Shown: piece after piece, positions 48,116 through 58,089 of the stretch
Layout: each line of letters begins with the position of its first letter
Numbering within the stretch: position 1 is the first letter of the stretch
NCBI GenBank assembly: GCA_042219045.1
Contig: JBDGQO010000030.1
Span: forward strand, 1 to 59,673
DNA from: Candidatus Bipolaricaulia bacterium
GTDB taxonomy: Bacteria; Bipolaricaulota; Bipolaricaulia; RBG-16-55-9
Direction: 5' to 3'
DNA: 59,673 bases
The notes under the pieces: model-generated
The model's database searches: none
Seen by the model: only the letters and a program-made list of their open reading frames with translations
Told to the model about the DNA's origin: nothing
Position numbers and translations under genes: made by a program

Positions 48116-49251
48116 CGTTCCTCCAGCGGCGTGTATGCGGAGAGCTCGGGGCCCGTATAGTGGCCGAGCGGCCGGATCAGGACGTTCTCCGCGTACTGCT
48201 CCAGCACGTGAGTGGCCCAACCGCTGATGCGGCCCATGGCGAAGATCGGCGTGAACAGGTCGGTCGGAATGCCGAGCATGTTGTAGCAGACGCCCGAATA
48301 AAAGTCGACATTGGGATAGATGCCCTTATCGCCGAGCATTTCCGTGCCGACGGTCTCCACCTCTTTGGCCACGCGATAGAGCCGACTCTCGCCTCGCGCG
48401 CTCGCCAACTCGTCAATGAGTGACTCCAACGCCACGGCTCGCGGATCCTTGGCCTTGTAGACACGATGGCCCAAGCCCCAGATGCGCTCCTTGTTGGCCA
48501 GCTTCGCCTCGATCGCGCCACGGACGCGCTCGACGTCGCCAATGCCCTCCAACATGTCGAGCACACGCGCGTTGGCCCCTCCATGGAGCGGGCCGATCAA
48601 CGTGGCGATCGCCGCCGTCATTGCGGAATAGACGTCGCCCAGCGTGGAAGCCGCCACGCGCGCGGCGAACGTCGAGGCGTTGAAGCCGTGGTCGGCGTGC
48701 AGCACGAGGCAGACGTCGAAGACGCGTGCGCTCGTCTCATCGGGGGGCTCGCCCGTCATCATGTGGAGAAAGTTGGCCGCGTGGCCCAAGTCCTCGCGCG
48801 GCGCGATCGGCTCGAGGCCCTCGCGCAGCCGATGGTAACCGGCCAGAATCGTCGGCACGACGGCAATGGATCGGAGCGCTTTCCGTCGATTTGCCGTCTC
48901 ATCGGTGTCCTCGGCGTGGGCATCGGAACCGCCAATGGCTGACATCATCGTCCGGAGCGCGTCCATCGGCGTCGATTCTTCGGGGAGAGCCGCCAATACG
49001 CCCAGCTCCTCGGTCGACAGCGCTCGCTGACGAGCCAGCTCCGCGCCGAACGAGCGCAGCTCAGTGTCCGTCGGGAGTCGACCCTCCAGGAGCAAGTAGG
49101 TCGTCTCTTCGAACGTCGAATGGTCGGCAAGGTCTTGGATGTCGTATCCGCGATAGCGCAGTCGGCCCCGCTCGCCGTCGATCAGGCAAATGTCGGATTC
49201 CGCCAGAACCACGCCCTTGAGGCCAGGCCGAAAGACGGTCTCATCGCTCAT
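48112..49251 (-). CDS. gltA: Citrate synthase (type I / 2-methylcitrate synthase family)
   Basis: GL.GV, LRYRGY, HADHGFNAST, GPLHGGA, GLGHRVYK..DPR, PNVDFY. Confidence 0.93.
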   Translation of the reverse strand: MSDETVFRPGLKGVVLAESDICLIDGERGRLRYRGYDIQDLADHSTFEETTYLLLEGRLPTDTELRSFGAELARQRALSTEELGVLAALPEESTPMDALRTMMSAIGGSDAHAEDTDETANRRKALRSIAVVPTILAGYHRLREGLEPIAPREDLGHAANFLHMMTGEPPDETSARVFDVCLVLHADHGFNASTFAARVAASTLGDVYSAMTAAIATLIGPLHGGANARVLDMLEGIGDVERVRGAIEAKLANKERIWGLGHRVYKAKDPRAVALESLIDELASARGESRLYRVAKEVETVGTEMLGDKGIYPNVDFYSGVCYNMLGIPTDLFTPIFAMGRISGWATHVLEQYAENVLIRPLGHYTGPELSAYTPLEER

Positions 49252-49385
49252 GGAATCGTGCCTCCTCGTGGTCGCGCATTGGCAACCATTCTAGACGGCC
49301 AGCGAGCGGTGATCAACGTTTGGCCCAATGTAAGGGGATCGACTGCATCCTTGTTCCGGCGCATCGAGCGATCGCGCCAGTTGCA

Positions 49386-49418
49386 AAGAGCTCCCCACGT
49401 CTGGGCCGGGGAGCTCTT
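49386..49418 (-). terminator. Terminator after RHH gene
   Basis: AAGAGCTCCCC / GGGGAGCTCTT inverted repeat. Confidence 0.65.
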
Positions 49419-49455
49419 GCGGATCGTCGGGCTTGATGCCTCGCTCCAGATTAGG

Positions 49456-49632
49456 CTAGGAGTGCTTGCCGTTGTTGGCTTCCTCTTGTTCCAGGTAGTC
49501 CAAGATGGCCTGGACCGCCAGGTAGTTGACCGAGCGGTCTTGAGCCTTGGCCAGCTTCCGTAAGCGGGACAAGAGATTCGCCTGCTGCTTGCTCTGCGGG
49601 ACGTAGATGGTGAGCGTCGCTCGCTGAGCCAT
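49456..49632 (-). CDS. Ribbon-helix-helix (CopG/Arc-like) DNA-binding protein
   Basis: TLTIYVP strand then LRKLAKAQDRSVNYLAVQAILDYL. Confidence 0.85.
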   Translation of the reverse strand: MAQRATLTIYVPQSKQQANLLSRLRKLAKAQDRSVNYLAVQAILDYLEQEEANNGKHS

Positions 49633-49765
49633 GGTTGGCAACACCTGCCTTTCGGTTCCCTATCCGTCGCACGCCTAGGGGTGATCTAACGGTCAATTTA
49701 CTGACCCTGATTAGAACGTGCTATACGGGGTCTTACGTAAGTGAGGCAACCGTTGCCAGACTCCC

Positions 49766-50428
49766 TTATAAGCTGTCGTTGACTTCGGTCTCAGGTCCCA
49801 CGATGCCGTGCTGCAGGGCAAAGCGGGCGAGATCGGTCCGGCTGGTGAGGCCGAGCTTGTGCATGGCATTGGCACGATGGATCTCCACCGTGCGATGGCT
49901 GATGCCCAGGTTCTCGCCGATGGCGCGGTTGGTCTGTCCCTCAGCAACCATCTGGATGACCTCGCGCTCACGGGTCGTCAGCGACTCATACGGGGCCGAT
50001 CCGCCCTCGCGAGCTTTCTCGACATAGTGTTCCGCCACGTCCAAGGGCGGGCTGACATAGAATTGTCCCTCCATGGCGGCCCGCACGGCATCCACGATGA
50101 CCTCCCCCGCGGCCCCCTTGATGACGAAGCCGGACGCCTCCGCTTGGACCGCCTCGATCACATAGGGCTCCGCGTCGTACATCGACAGGACGATCACCCG
50201 CGTGTCGGCCATGCCTTCGTGGGCCACTTGCCTCGTCACCTCGAGGCCATTCAATCGGGGCATGACGATATCGACGATCAGCACATCCGGACGGTGTTCC
50301 TTGACGACGTCCAGCGTCTCGACGCCGTCGCTCGCTTCGCCGATGACGCGCCAGTCGGCGTTTTCCAGCACCGCTCGTAGGCCTTGCCGGACGAGGGGAT
50401 GATCGTCCGCGATGGCGATCCGAATCAT
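49766..50428 (-). CDS. NarL/LuxR family response regulator
   Basis: ADDHPLVRQG, VDIVMP, LT.RERE, TVE.HRAN.M.KL; start overlaps kinase stop. Confidence 0.96.
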   Translation of the reverse strand: MIRIAIADDHPLVRQGLRAVLENADWRVIGEASDGVETLDVVKEHRPDVLIVDIVMPRLNGLEVTRQVAHEGMADTRVIVLSMYDAEPYVIEAVQAEASGFVIKGAAGEVIVDAVRAAMEGQFYVSPPLDVAEHYVEKAREGGSAPYESLTTREREVIQMVAEGQTNRAIGENLGISHRTVEIHRANAMHKLGLTSRTDLARFALQHGIVGPETEVNDSL

Positions 50429-52794
50429 GAGCGATCTCCCGACCCCGTATGGCCATGTCGCGTGGATTCGTCGCGGGGAAGGCGACACGTTACGCGAGTG
50501 CCCGCCCCCGGGGTCGAGGCGATCTCCAAGGTGCCGCCGAGCAGCTCGGCCCGCTCGCGCATGCCGGTCAATCCCGTTGAAGCCCGCTCGGTTGCGATCT
50601 GTTGTAGCGGAAAGCCGACCCCGCGGTCGCGGATGTCGATCTGGAGCTCATGAGCCTCCAGTGCCAGATCGATCTGGACGCGATCGGTCCGGGCGTGTCG
50701 CGCGACGTTGGTCAGTGCCTCCTGGACAATGCGATAGGCCGTCGTCTCCACGCTCGACGGGAGCGATTGCCCGTCCACGTTCCGTTCCGACGCCTCGACC
50801 TGGACGCCCGTGTAAGCTTCAAAGCGCTCCACGTGCCATTTGAGGGTGGGCCAGAGTCCCAAGTCGTCCAGCATGGCCGGTCTCAGGTCCAGCGAGAGCC
50901 GACGAACCTGATCGAGGAGGTCGTCGACGAGGTCGTGGGCCTGGGCAACCGGATGGCTTCCGTCCTTCTTGGCGGTTGTGTCGTCCGCCTCTAAAAGAAG
51001 CTTAATGGCGGTGAGGGATTGGCCCACCTCGTCATGGAGCTCGTTGGCGATGGCGCGGCGCTCGACCTCTTGGGCCTGCATCAACTGCTGCGACAACGAG
51101 GTGACGCGATCGCGGGCCTGCTCGGCATCCCGGAACAGTTGGGCGTTCTGGATCGCCACCGCAATCTGGGAGGCGACGATCTCCAACACGCGCTGGTCGG
51201 ACTCGCTGTAGGCATTGGGCTGCTGGGTCTCAACGTTGACCACGCCCAAGACGGACCCCTCGGTGAGCAGCGGCACGCAGAGCTCGGACTGGATGTTGGG
51301 CAAAATGGGGTCGTACCGAGGCTCCCGGCTGATGTCGCCACAACGGATGCTTTCCCCATGGCGACTCACCCAACCGACGATGCCGCGATCCACGCTCAAG
51401 CTCGGTTCCCCGCTGCTGGCACCATGGGCGGTGGTCCGCCTAGAGCGTTTCTGCCAATCGTCCAGCGCAAACGGGGTCAGTCGACCCTCGTCGTCGGCGA
51501 GGAAGACGCCGCAGTATTCGTAATCGAGCGTTCCCTGCAAAATATCGATGACGGCATTGGCGAGTTCCTCCAGCGACTGCAGGGACTGGAGCCGCTGGCT
51601 GACACGATGGACCGTGGTGAGTTCGCGAATGCGGCGATCCATGTGCCGTTGCGCTCGCTTGTGGTCGCTGATATCGGTAAGGCTATTGAAAACGCCGATG
51701 ATCTCGCCCGAGGCATCGCGGGCGGGTGAGTAGTGGGCTTGGAGCCAGACGGGGGCGTCCTCGTCCTCTTTGATGCACAGCTCGTGCGAGACCGACTCCC
51801 CTCGAAATGCCTGGGCAAGCTTGTGGTAAAAGTCAGGTTTGACCGCATCGCGGACGTAGTGATCGATCGGATCGCCCTCGCGGATCGGATGGCCTAGGAT
51901 CTCTTTGGATCGCTCGTTGGCGACGTGGTTGTACATCTTGACTCGGTAATCCCGATCGATCAGCATGAACGACTGGAGGCTGTTGTCGAAGATCGCCCGC
52001 AGCTTGATCTCCGATTCGCGCAGCGCATCCTCAACGGACTTGCGCTCGGTGACGTCGAGGACGCTGACGAAGACTCCCTGCACGTCTCCGTGGTCGCCCC
52101 ACACGGGATCGTAGTGGCCCTCGTAGCAACGGACTTGCCCATCGGTCCCGGTCAGTTCGCGCTGGACCACGGTCGGCCGACCGTCCAGCGCCGTCTGAAC
52201 ACTGGCCAGGATCGAGCGATAGGCCTCGGGGGCGATGAACTTGTCGAAGCGATCACCTTGAATGAGGCCATGCCCCACTAGCTGGCGCGAGTGGTTGTCG
52301 GCCATGCGGTTGAACGCGACGATGCGCCGTTCACGGTCCAGCAGCACGAAGGTCTGACGCGCGTTGTCGAAGATCGCTTGCAGCGTCTGCTGGGACTGTT
52401 GCAACGATGCCTCCGTGCGCTTGCGGTCCGTGGTGTCGATGATCTGTGAGAGCACGTAGTCCCTGCCGTCGAAGGTGACGCGCTGCGAGTAACGCAACGC
52501 CTCGCGCTCCTGATCGTATGTCGTCCGGTGCAGACGCTCCTGAACCCGGATCTCGCCGTGAGACGCGAGGTGATCCCGCAGTTGGGCGCGCTCTTGCGCG
52601 TTGTCGTAGAACCCGAGCTCCACGGCCGTGCGGCCGAGCAGCTCCTCGCGCGAATAGCCCGTCAACGCGCAGAACGGCTCGTTCACCTCGACGAACGTGC
52701 CATCTTCGAAGTCGGTCACGCAGGTCGCGATCGGGCTCTGAAAGAAGAGCGTCGAGAACCAACTGGGCTCGGCGTGAGACCGGGTCAAGATCAA
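50425..52794 (-). CDS. Cytoplasmic sensor histidine kinase, 3 PAS + GAF + HisKA_3
   Basis: ERRAIANELHDEVGQ, QEALTNVARHA, DRGVGF, GLTGMRER; probable TTG start after AAGGAG. Confidence 0.92.
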   Translation of the reverse strand: MILTRSHAEPSWFSTLFFQSPIATCVTDFEDGTFVEVNEPFCALTGYSREELLGRTAVELGFYDNAQERAQLRDHLASHGEIRVQERLHRTTYDQEREALRYSQRVTFDGRDYVLSQIIDTTDRKRTEASLQQSQQTLQAIFDNARQTFVLLDRERRIVAFNRMADNHSRQLVGHGLIQGDRFDKFIAPEAYRSILASVQTALDGRPTVVQRELTGTDGQVRCYEGHYDPVWGDHGDVQGVFVSVLDVTERKSVEDALRESEIKLRAIFDNSLQSFMLIDRDYRVKMYNHVANERSKEILGHPIREGDPIDHYVRDAVKPDFYHKLAQAFRGESVSHELCIKEDEDAPVWLQAHYSPARDASGEIIGVFNSLTDISDHKRAQRHMDRRIRELTTVHRVSQRLQSLQSLEELANAVIDILQGTLDYEYCGVFLADDEGRLTPFALDDWQKRSRRTTAHGASSGEPSLSVDRGIVGWVSRHGESIRCGDISREPRYDPILPNIQSELCVPLLTEGSVLGVVNVETQQPNAYSESDQRVLEIVASQIAVAIQNAQLFRDAEQARDRVTSLSQQLMQAQEVERRAIANELHDEVGQSLTAIKLLLEADDTTAKKDGSHPVAQAHDLVDDLLDQVRRLSLDLRPAMLDDLGLWPTLKWHVERFEAYTGVQVEASERNVDGQSLPSSVETTAYRIVQEALTNVARHARTDRVQIDLALEAHELQIDIRDRGVGFPLQQIATERASTGLTGMRERAELLGGTLEIASTPGAGTRVTCRLPRDESTRHGHTGSGDRS

Positions 52795-52926
52795 CTCTCT
52801 CCTTTCTCTTCCCTCATCATAGCCAATCCAGTGGGGATGTCGCATCCGGGTCCGGTCGGACCGAGCCACGACAGACCTGGGGACAATCCATCTGTCCATG
52901 ATTCGCAGCAGTAGCGCGTTCCGTTC

Positions 52927-53937
52927 TTAGGACATGCGTCGGGCAAACAACGTCGGTAACAGCCCGCGGGGGGCAAGCTGGACGAGGATCACCAGGACGA
53001 CGAGGAAGATCAACGTAATCCAGCCCTGGCCGTGTTGGGCCAAGGGAGCGAGGGCATCCACTTGATCGGGCAATCCGGCGAGGTACTCCCGACCGACGAC
53101 GAGGATAAAGGCCCCAATGGTGGGACCCACGATGGTGCCGAGCCCACCCGCGACGCAGGCGACGATAATAAGCAGGGAGAGGTTGAGACTGAGGACGCCG
53201 TTGGCGCCGCCCGGCTGCACGCCCGCCAGCGTTGGCAGATGGACGTAGGCCGCGCCGGCGAGTCCGGCCGCTGCAGCGCTGACCATGAACGCTGCGATCT
53301 TGAACTTGGCGGGGTTGATGCCGGCCGCCTCGACGGCTGCTTCGTCTTCACGGATGGCGGTCAGCATCACGCCCCAGCGCGAGCGGACGATGCTCAGCAA
53401 CCCGATGCCAATAAAGGCCAACAGCCCGAGCGCGTAGTAATAGGATATTCGGTAGACCTTGTCCAAGGGAACGCTGTAGCCAAGCGGCGGGAAAAAGTTG
53501 TCCGGGGAGAAAATGAGTCCCGATGTGCCGCCCGTGAGATCGGAAAAGATGCGCACGAGCTTGGATGCGGCGATGAGCGCGATCAGCGTCACCAGCGCCA
53601 AGTAGGGGCCTCGTAGCCGGACCGCTGGCGTGCCGATCAGGGCGCCCACGCCGACGGCCGCGAGCGTCCCCAAGGGAATCGTCGCCAACGGCGGCCAGCC
53701 GAGCTCCAGACTGAGCAGCCCACTCGTATAGGCGGCCGCGCCGATGAACAGCGCTTGACCCAGCACGACCTGGCCCCCGTAGCCTCCCAGCAAATCCCAG
53801 CTCATGGCGTACATGGCGAAAAAACAGCCGGCAATCAGAAGCGAATAGCTCCCCGGCGACAACACATCCAACAACGGAAGCACGGCCAACACGAGCACGC
53901 CGGCCCCGAAAACGGCGTAAGCGATCCCGTGTCTCAC
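52927..53937 (-). CDS. livM: Branched-chain amino acid ABC permease LivM
   Basis: SWDLLGGYGGQ, RLRGPYLALVTL, AIREDEAA, GGLGT, PRGL; GTG overlaps livH stop. Confidence 0.9.
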   Translation of the reverse strand: MRHGIAYAVFGAGVLVLAVLPLLDVLSPGSYSLLIAGCFFAMYAMSWDLLGGYGGQVVLGQALFIGAAAYTSGLLSLELGWPPLATIPLGTLAAVGVGALIGTPAVRLRGPYLALVTLIALIAASKLVRIFSDLTGGTSGLIFSPDNFFPPLGYSVPLDKVYRISYYYALGLLAFIGIGLLSIVRSRWGVMLTAIREDEAAVEAAGINPAKFKIAAFMVSAAAAGLAGAAYVHLPTLAGVQPGGANGVLSLNLSLLIIVACVAGGLGTIVGPTIGAFILVVGREYLAGLPDQVDALAPLAQHGQGWITLIFLVVLVILVQLAPRGLLPTLFARRMS

Positions 53938-54800
53938 GTCGCCGGCCTCCCGAAGAGTCCCTGAGGGCGAATGATCAGAATGAGCACGGTGAGCAGCAAC
54001 GACGGCACGCCGACCCACTGCGCGCCGAGCGGGATCTCCACCTGAGGGGCGTAGAACGTCAGCGTCTCCACAAAGCCGACCAGGTAGGCCGCAACGATCG
54101 AGCCCTTCAGACTTCCGAGCCCGCCGAGGATGACGATCGCAAACGCGATCACCAAGGGGTCGATCCACATCGTTGGGCTGAGCCCGCTCGGGTAGACGAG
54201 GAAGACCCCGGCCAAGCCGGCCAGGCCGCCGGAAAGCGCCCAAGTCCAGGTGAAGACCTGGCGCGAGTGGATGCCGACGAGCGCGGCGCCCTTGGCGTCC
54301 ATCGCCGTGGCACGGATCGCCTTGCCGAAGCGGGTCCGCTCGATAAACACCCAGAAGCCCCCGATGGCGAGCCAGGCCACGGCGAACGCCGCCAGTTGGA
54401 CGTTCGCCACTTCAATGCCCGCAATGCGCGACTGGCCGGGCACCGGATTGGGCAGGGTCGCCGAGGTGCCGAAGATGAGCGCGATCGCCTCTTGGGCCAT
54501 CAAGGCGATCGCCAGCGTCACGATCAACGTCAAAATGGAGGAGTGTTGAATGCGCCCGATGACACCGCGATAGAGCGCCGCCGCCAACCCGGCCGTGACG
54601 AGCACGCCGCCGACAAGCGCCAGCGACAAGGGCAGGCCGACCACCTCGAAGCCCGTGTAGGTCAGATAAGCCGAGATCATCAACAAGGCCCCGTGCGCGA
54701 GGTTGAGCACGCCGCCGACCCCGAACAGCAGCGTGAACCCCAGCGCCAACAGCGAGTAGAGCGCGCTCTTTAGGATCGCGAACAGCAGGATGGCGACCAT
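53934..54800 (-). CDS. livH: Branched-chain amino acid ABC permease LivH
   Basis: ALGFTLLFG...LNLAHG, TRFGKAIRA, ILGGLGS, RPQGLFG. Confidence 0.93.
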   Translation of the reverse strand: MVAILLFAILKSALYSLLALGFTLLFGVGGVLNLAHGALLMISAYLTYTGFEVVGLPLSLALVGGVLVTAGLAAALYRGVIGRIQHSSILTLIVTLAIALMAQEAIALIFGTSATLPNPVPGQSRIAGIEVANVQLAAFAVAWLAIGGFWVFIERTRFGKAIRATAMDAKGAALVGIHSRQVFTWTWALSGGLAGLAGVFLVYPSGLSPTMWIDPLVIAFAIVILGGLGSLKGSIVAAYLVGFVETLTFYAPQVEIPLGAQWVGVPSLLLTVLILIIRPQGLFGRPAT

Positions 54801-54805
54801 ACAAG

Positions 54806-54849
54806 GCAGGCGACGGGACGGCGTTCTGTCAGCGCGTCCCGTCGCCTGC
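54806..54849 (-). terminator. Stem-loop between Liv SBP and livH
   Basis: GCAGGCGACGGGACG / CGTCCCGTCGCCTGC perfect 15-bp IR. Confidence 0.65.
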
Positions 54850-54861
54850 GTCCACTGTCGT

Positions 54862-56223
54862 TCAGGATTCGGGCGGCAGCGTCAATTCCGCGTTCTTGAA
54901 CGTCGGCGGAAAGACCACCTTGCGGTCGGGCTGGTTCTGCTCGTCAGACTGCCATTGGACCCATTTCGGCACCAACAGGGGATCGCCCGCCTCGTTGCGC
55001 ACCACGGGGTGGTGAGGCCGTTCGCCGTCAGGGCCCTGGAAGCGGATTTGCCCAACGGTGCCGGTCCAATCCGTCTGTTCCAGCGAGGGCACGAGCTGTT
55101 CGCGATAGCTGGCGAACGCCTCGGCGTCGCCGGGGGATGGCGGTGCTTCGCCAATGCGCTCGATGGCCTGTTTGATCACGAAGAGCGCGTCGTAGGTGGT
55201 ATACGACGTAAACAGCGGCCGCGTTGGAGCCGACTGGTCTCGATGGCGTTCCAAGTACTTATTGAAGAAGGGGAGAGTCTTCTCCGTGACATCCGTGGCG
55301 CCCGTGGCCGCATCGGCATAGACATGGGAGACGACGCTGCCGCTGGTCTGGTTCCAGTACTCGAACGCCTGCCCGAAGACGTTGATGCCGAGCACCGGGA
55401 GCCGCGGCCCCTGTTTGAACCATTGACGCACGAACGCGAAGCCTTTGCGGCGAATGAACGCCACGACGAACCCTTCGACGCCGGCTTCTTCCGCCTGAGC
55501 CAAAATGTTGCTGAAGTCGAACTGGCCGTCTTGGGGAAAGCGGAACGAGGCGCCCTCGGGAATGTTGAGCCCGACCTCGGGCAACTTTTTCTGCAAAAAT
55601 GCCTCAAAATCGCGGCCGAACGACCCGTCTTCGGAGACGAGCGCAACGTTCTTGAGGCCGAGTTGATCGACGTAGAGCGCCTGGGCGGCATTGGCCGTGT
55701 CTCGGGTGAGCACATCCGTGCTCAGCATCAACTTGAAGTAGTATTTGAAATTTTCATAATCGTTGCGGACAAGCTCGGTCGTCTCGGATGATGCCGTGCC
55801 GCTGTTGACGAACGGGGTTCGCAACCTCGGCAGCACGTTGTTGACAATCGGCAGCGTCGTCTCGTCAAGGAAGCCGCCCGTGACCGCCACGACATTGTCC
55901 TGCTGGACGAGTTTCTGATATTTCTGCACCGACACGCGTGGGTCGAGCTGATTGTCCTCGATGATGAGCTCCACGGGCCGGCCCATGATCCCGCCGGCCT
56001 TGTTGATCTCGTCACGCGCGATCTCCACGCCACGCTGCAGCCCCACCCCAATGGAGAAGTTGAAGATGAGCGGCGCGACGACGCCGACCTTGATCGGTTC
56101 GTCCTGAGCGTGCCCGATCATCGGGCTGATCGGCCCGAGCGTGAGCGCGCCCATGCCGGCGCCGATTGTTTGCAGGAATCGACGGCGGCTGAGCGAGGTC
56201 GCCGTTCGTGCTGGCTCCGTCAT
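54862..56223 (-). CDS. LivK/LivJ-like ABC substrate-binding protein, Tat-exported
   Basis: SRRRFLQ Tat motif; IKVG, EIN.AGGI.GRPVEL..ED, YDA. Confidence 0.9.
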   Translation of the reverse strand: MTEPARTATSLSRRRFLQTIGAGMGALTLGPISPMIGHAQDEPIKVGVVAPLIFNFSIGVGLQRGVEIARDEINKAGGIMGRPVELIIEDNQLDPRVSVQKYQKLVQQDNVVAVTGGFLDETTLPIVNNVLPRLRTPFVNSGTASSETTELVRNDYENFKYYFKLMLSTDVLTRDTANAAQALYVDQLGLKNVALVSEDGSFGRDFEAFLQKKLPEVGLNIPEGASFRFPQDGQFDFSNILAQAEEAGVEGFVVAFIRRKGFAFVRQWFKQGPRLPVLGINVFGQAFEYWNQTSGSVVSHVYADAATGATDVTEKTLPFFNKYLERHRDQSAPTRPLFTSYTTYDALFVIKQAIERIGEAPPSPGDAEAFASYREQLVPSLEQTDWTGTVGQIRFQGPDGERPHHPVVRNEAGDPLLVPKWVQWQSDEQNQPDRKVVFPPTFKNAELTLPPES

Positions 56224-56340
56224 AACTTGCCCTCCTTGTGCCTCGGTTTTCTCGGTGCGGCCCTCGTTGGGCGACAGGTCCCGTCGTAGGAACCGTTATC
56301 GTTTCTAGCCCATCCAGCGAAGCGCCGTCAACTGAGACGC

Positions 56341-56772
56341 TCAGTGACTTGTGCTTTGCCGCTGTTGGTCCAGATAGCGCTGCAGGATGAGCGTTGCCGC
56401 CAGTTGGTCGCGCTTGGCCTTGCGTCTGCCGCGGCTCAGGTTGGCTTCCCGCAGCGAGCTTTCCGCCTCGGCCGTCGTCAGGCGCTCGTCCATCGCTTCA
56501 ATTGACACTGACAGGTGCCCTTCCAGTTCGCGGATGAACGCCTGTGCCCGTTCGGTCTGCTCGCTGTGGGCCTCGTCCATGTGTACGGGCAGCCCCACAA
56601 CGACCCGCTTAACGGCTCGCTCGTCGATCAGACCGCGCAAGTAGCTTACGTCATCTGCCGGACAGCGGCGTTTGTAGACCCCGAAGCCCTGAGCGATAGT
56701 CTTCGTCTCGTCGCTGAGGGCTAGCCCGAGCCGAACTTCGCCCCAATCGATCGCCAACACGCGGCCCCACAT
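56341..56772 (-). CDS. ruvX: YqgF/RuvX RNase H-fold nuclease (pre-16S rRNA processing)
   Basis: LAIDWGEVRLGLALSD, VVGLP, DERLTT, DQLAA.LILQ. Confidence 0.95.
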   Translation of the reverse strand: MWGRVLAIDWGEVRLGLALSDETKTIAQGFGVYKRRCPADDVSYLRGLIDERAVKRVVVGLPVHMDEAHSEQTERAQAFIRELEGHLSVSIEAMDERLTTAEAESSLREANLSRGRRKAKRDQLAATLILQRYLDQQRQSTSH

Positions 56773-56823
56773 GGTCCTAGCGTAGTTGTGCACCGGGTTC
56801 GCTTCAAGCACAATGGCGCCGTC

Positions 56824-58086
56824 ATGGACGAGCTTTTGCGCCAGGCCCAAGCGCTTATCGCCTCGGAGGCGCTCTGCGACCGCTGCCTCGGGCGCTGCGT
56901 CGCCAAACGGGGCACCCGACTGACGAACCCCCAGCGTGGCCGAGCGTTGCGGGTGACCCTGGCGATGGTCGATGGCCAGGCTCCGGACGCTCCGGAGACG
57001 TGCTCGCTCTGTCGGGGCATCTTCCAAACCGCAGACGAGTGGGCCCATCGGGCCACGGAGGCCATCCAAGACGTTGAGTTCTCGACGTATCTGTTCGGGA
57101 CCCGGATCCCGTCGACCATCGAGACCGCCGAGGCTGAACTCTGGCAGCGCCATGGCCTGACCTATCGACAGGCCGAGCCGATCAAACAGGAGTTCAATCG
57201 GGAAGTCGGCCGGCGCTTCGGCAGCAAACTGGCGGATTGCGGCCGAGCGGTGAACGTCGACTTCGACGAGCCGCAGATCGCGTTCCTTCTGGATCTGCCC
57301 GACGAACGGTTGGATCTCACGATTCACCCGCTCTTCGTCTACGGGCGCTATCGAAAACTCGTCCGAGGCATTCCGCAGACGCGCTGGCCCTGCCAACGAT
57401 GTCGAGGTCGCGGCTGTCCGGACTGCAACGGGGCCGGCAAGCAGTACGCCGAGAGCGTGGAGGAGTTGATCGCAACGCCCTTGGTGCGCGCCTCCGGCGG
57501 CGACGATTTCTCCCTCCACGGTGCCGGACGCGAGGACATCGACGCCCGCATGCTCGGGGCCGGCCGTCCGTTCGTGCTGGAGGTCCAGGCGCCCAAGGTT
57601 CGCACGCTCGATCTGGGCGCGCTCCAGGCCGAGATCAACCGGGACGCCGACGGGAAAGTCGGCGTTCGTGAGTTGGTCCGGGCGAGTCGAGACACGGTCC
57701 AAGATATCAAGGAACTGGATGCGCGGAAGCGCTATCGCGCCTGGGTCCAGCTCAGGGAGCCGATCTCCGCCGCGTGGCTACATCGGGCCGTCGCCACACT
57801 CACGGATGTGGATATTTCGCAACGGACGCCGACCCGCGTGAGTCATCGTCGAGCGGACGTCGTGCGCCGGCGGCGCGTCCACGACCTCTCGGCCGAGCTG
57901 ACGGACGAGCGCGAGGCGGTCGTCGAATTGCTCGGCGACGGCGGGCTCTATGTGAAGGAGTTCATCTCGGGCGACGAGGGCCGGAGCACGCCCAGTCTAT
58001 CGGAGGCATTGGGCGTCGGGGCGCGCGTCACGGCGCTGGACGTGCTGGAGGTCGACGCGCGACCTGCCATTGAGATGTCGGCGTGA
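56824..58086 (+). CDS. pus10: tRNA pseudouridine(54/55) synthase Pus10
   Basis: LCDRCLGR..C..C, GRYRKL.R.IPQT.W, SVEELI, HGAGREDIDARMLG.GRPFVLE, QRTP.RV.HRRAD, GGLYVKEFISGD.GR..PS. Confidence 0.95.
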   Translation: MDELLRQAQALIASEALCDRCLGRCVAKRGTRLTNPQRGRALRVTLAMVDGQAPDAPETCSLCRGIFQTADEWAHRATEAIQDVEFSTYLFGTRIPSTIETAEAELWQRHGLTYRQAEPIKQEFNREVGRRFGSKLADCGRAVNVDFDEPQIAFLLDLPDERLDLTIHPLFVYGRYRKLVRGIPQTRWPCQRCRGRGCPDCNGAGKQYAESVEELIATPLVRASGGDDFSLHGAGREDIDARMLGAGRPFVLEVQAPKVRTLDLGALQAEINRDADGKVGVRELVRASRDTVQDIKELDARKRYRAWVQLREPISAAWLHRAVATLTDVDISQRTPTRVSHRRADVVRRRRVHDLSAELTDEREAVVELLGDGGLYVKEFISGDEGRSTPSLSEALGVGARVTALDVLEVDARPAIEMSA

Positions 58087-58089
58087 TCG

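Noticed and set aside
56773..57702. Long N-terminal extension of RuvX
   Set aside because: Antisense to pus10; RuvX homology starts at 56772.
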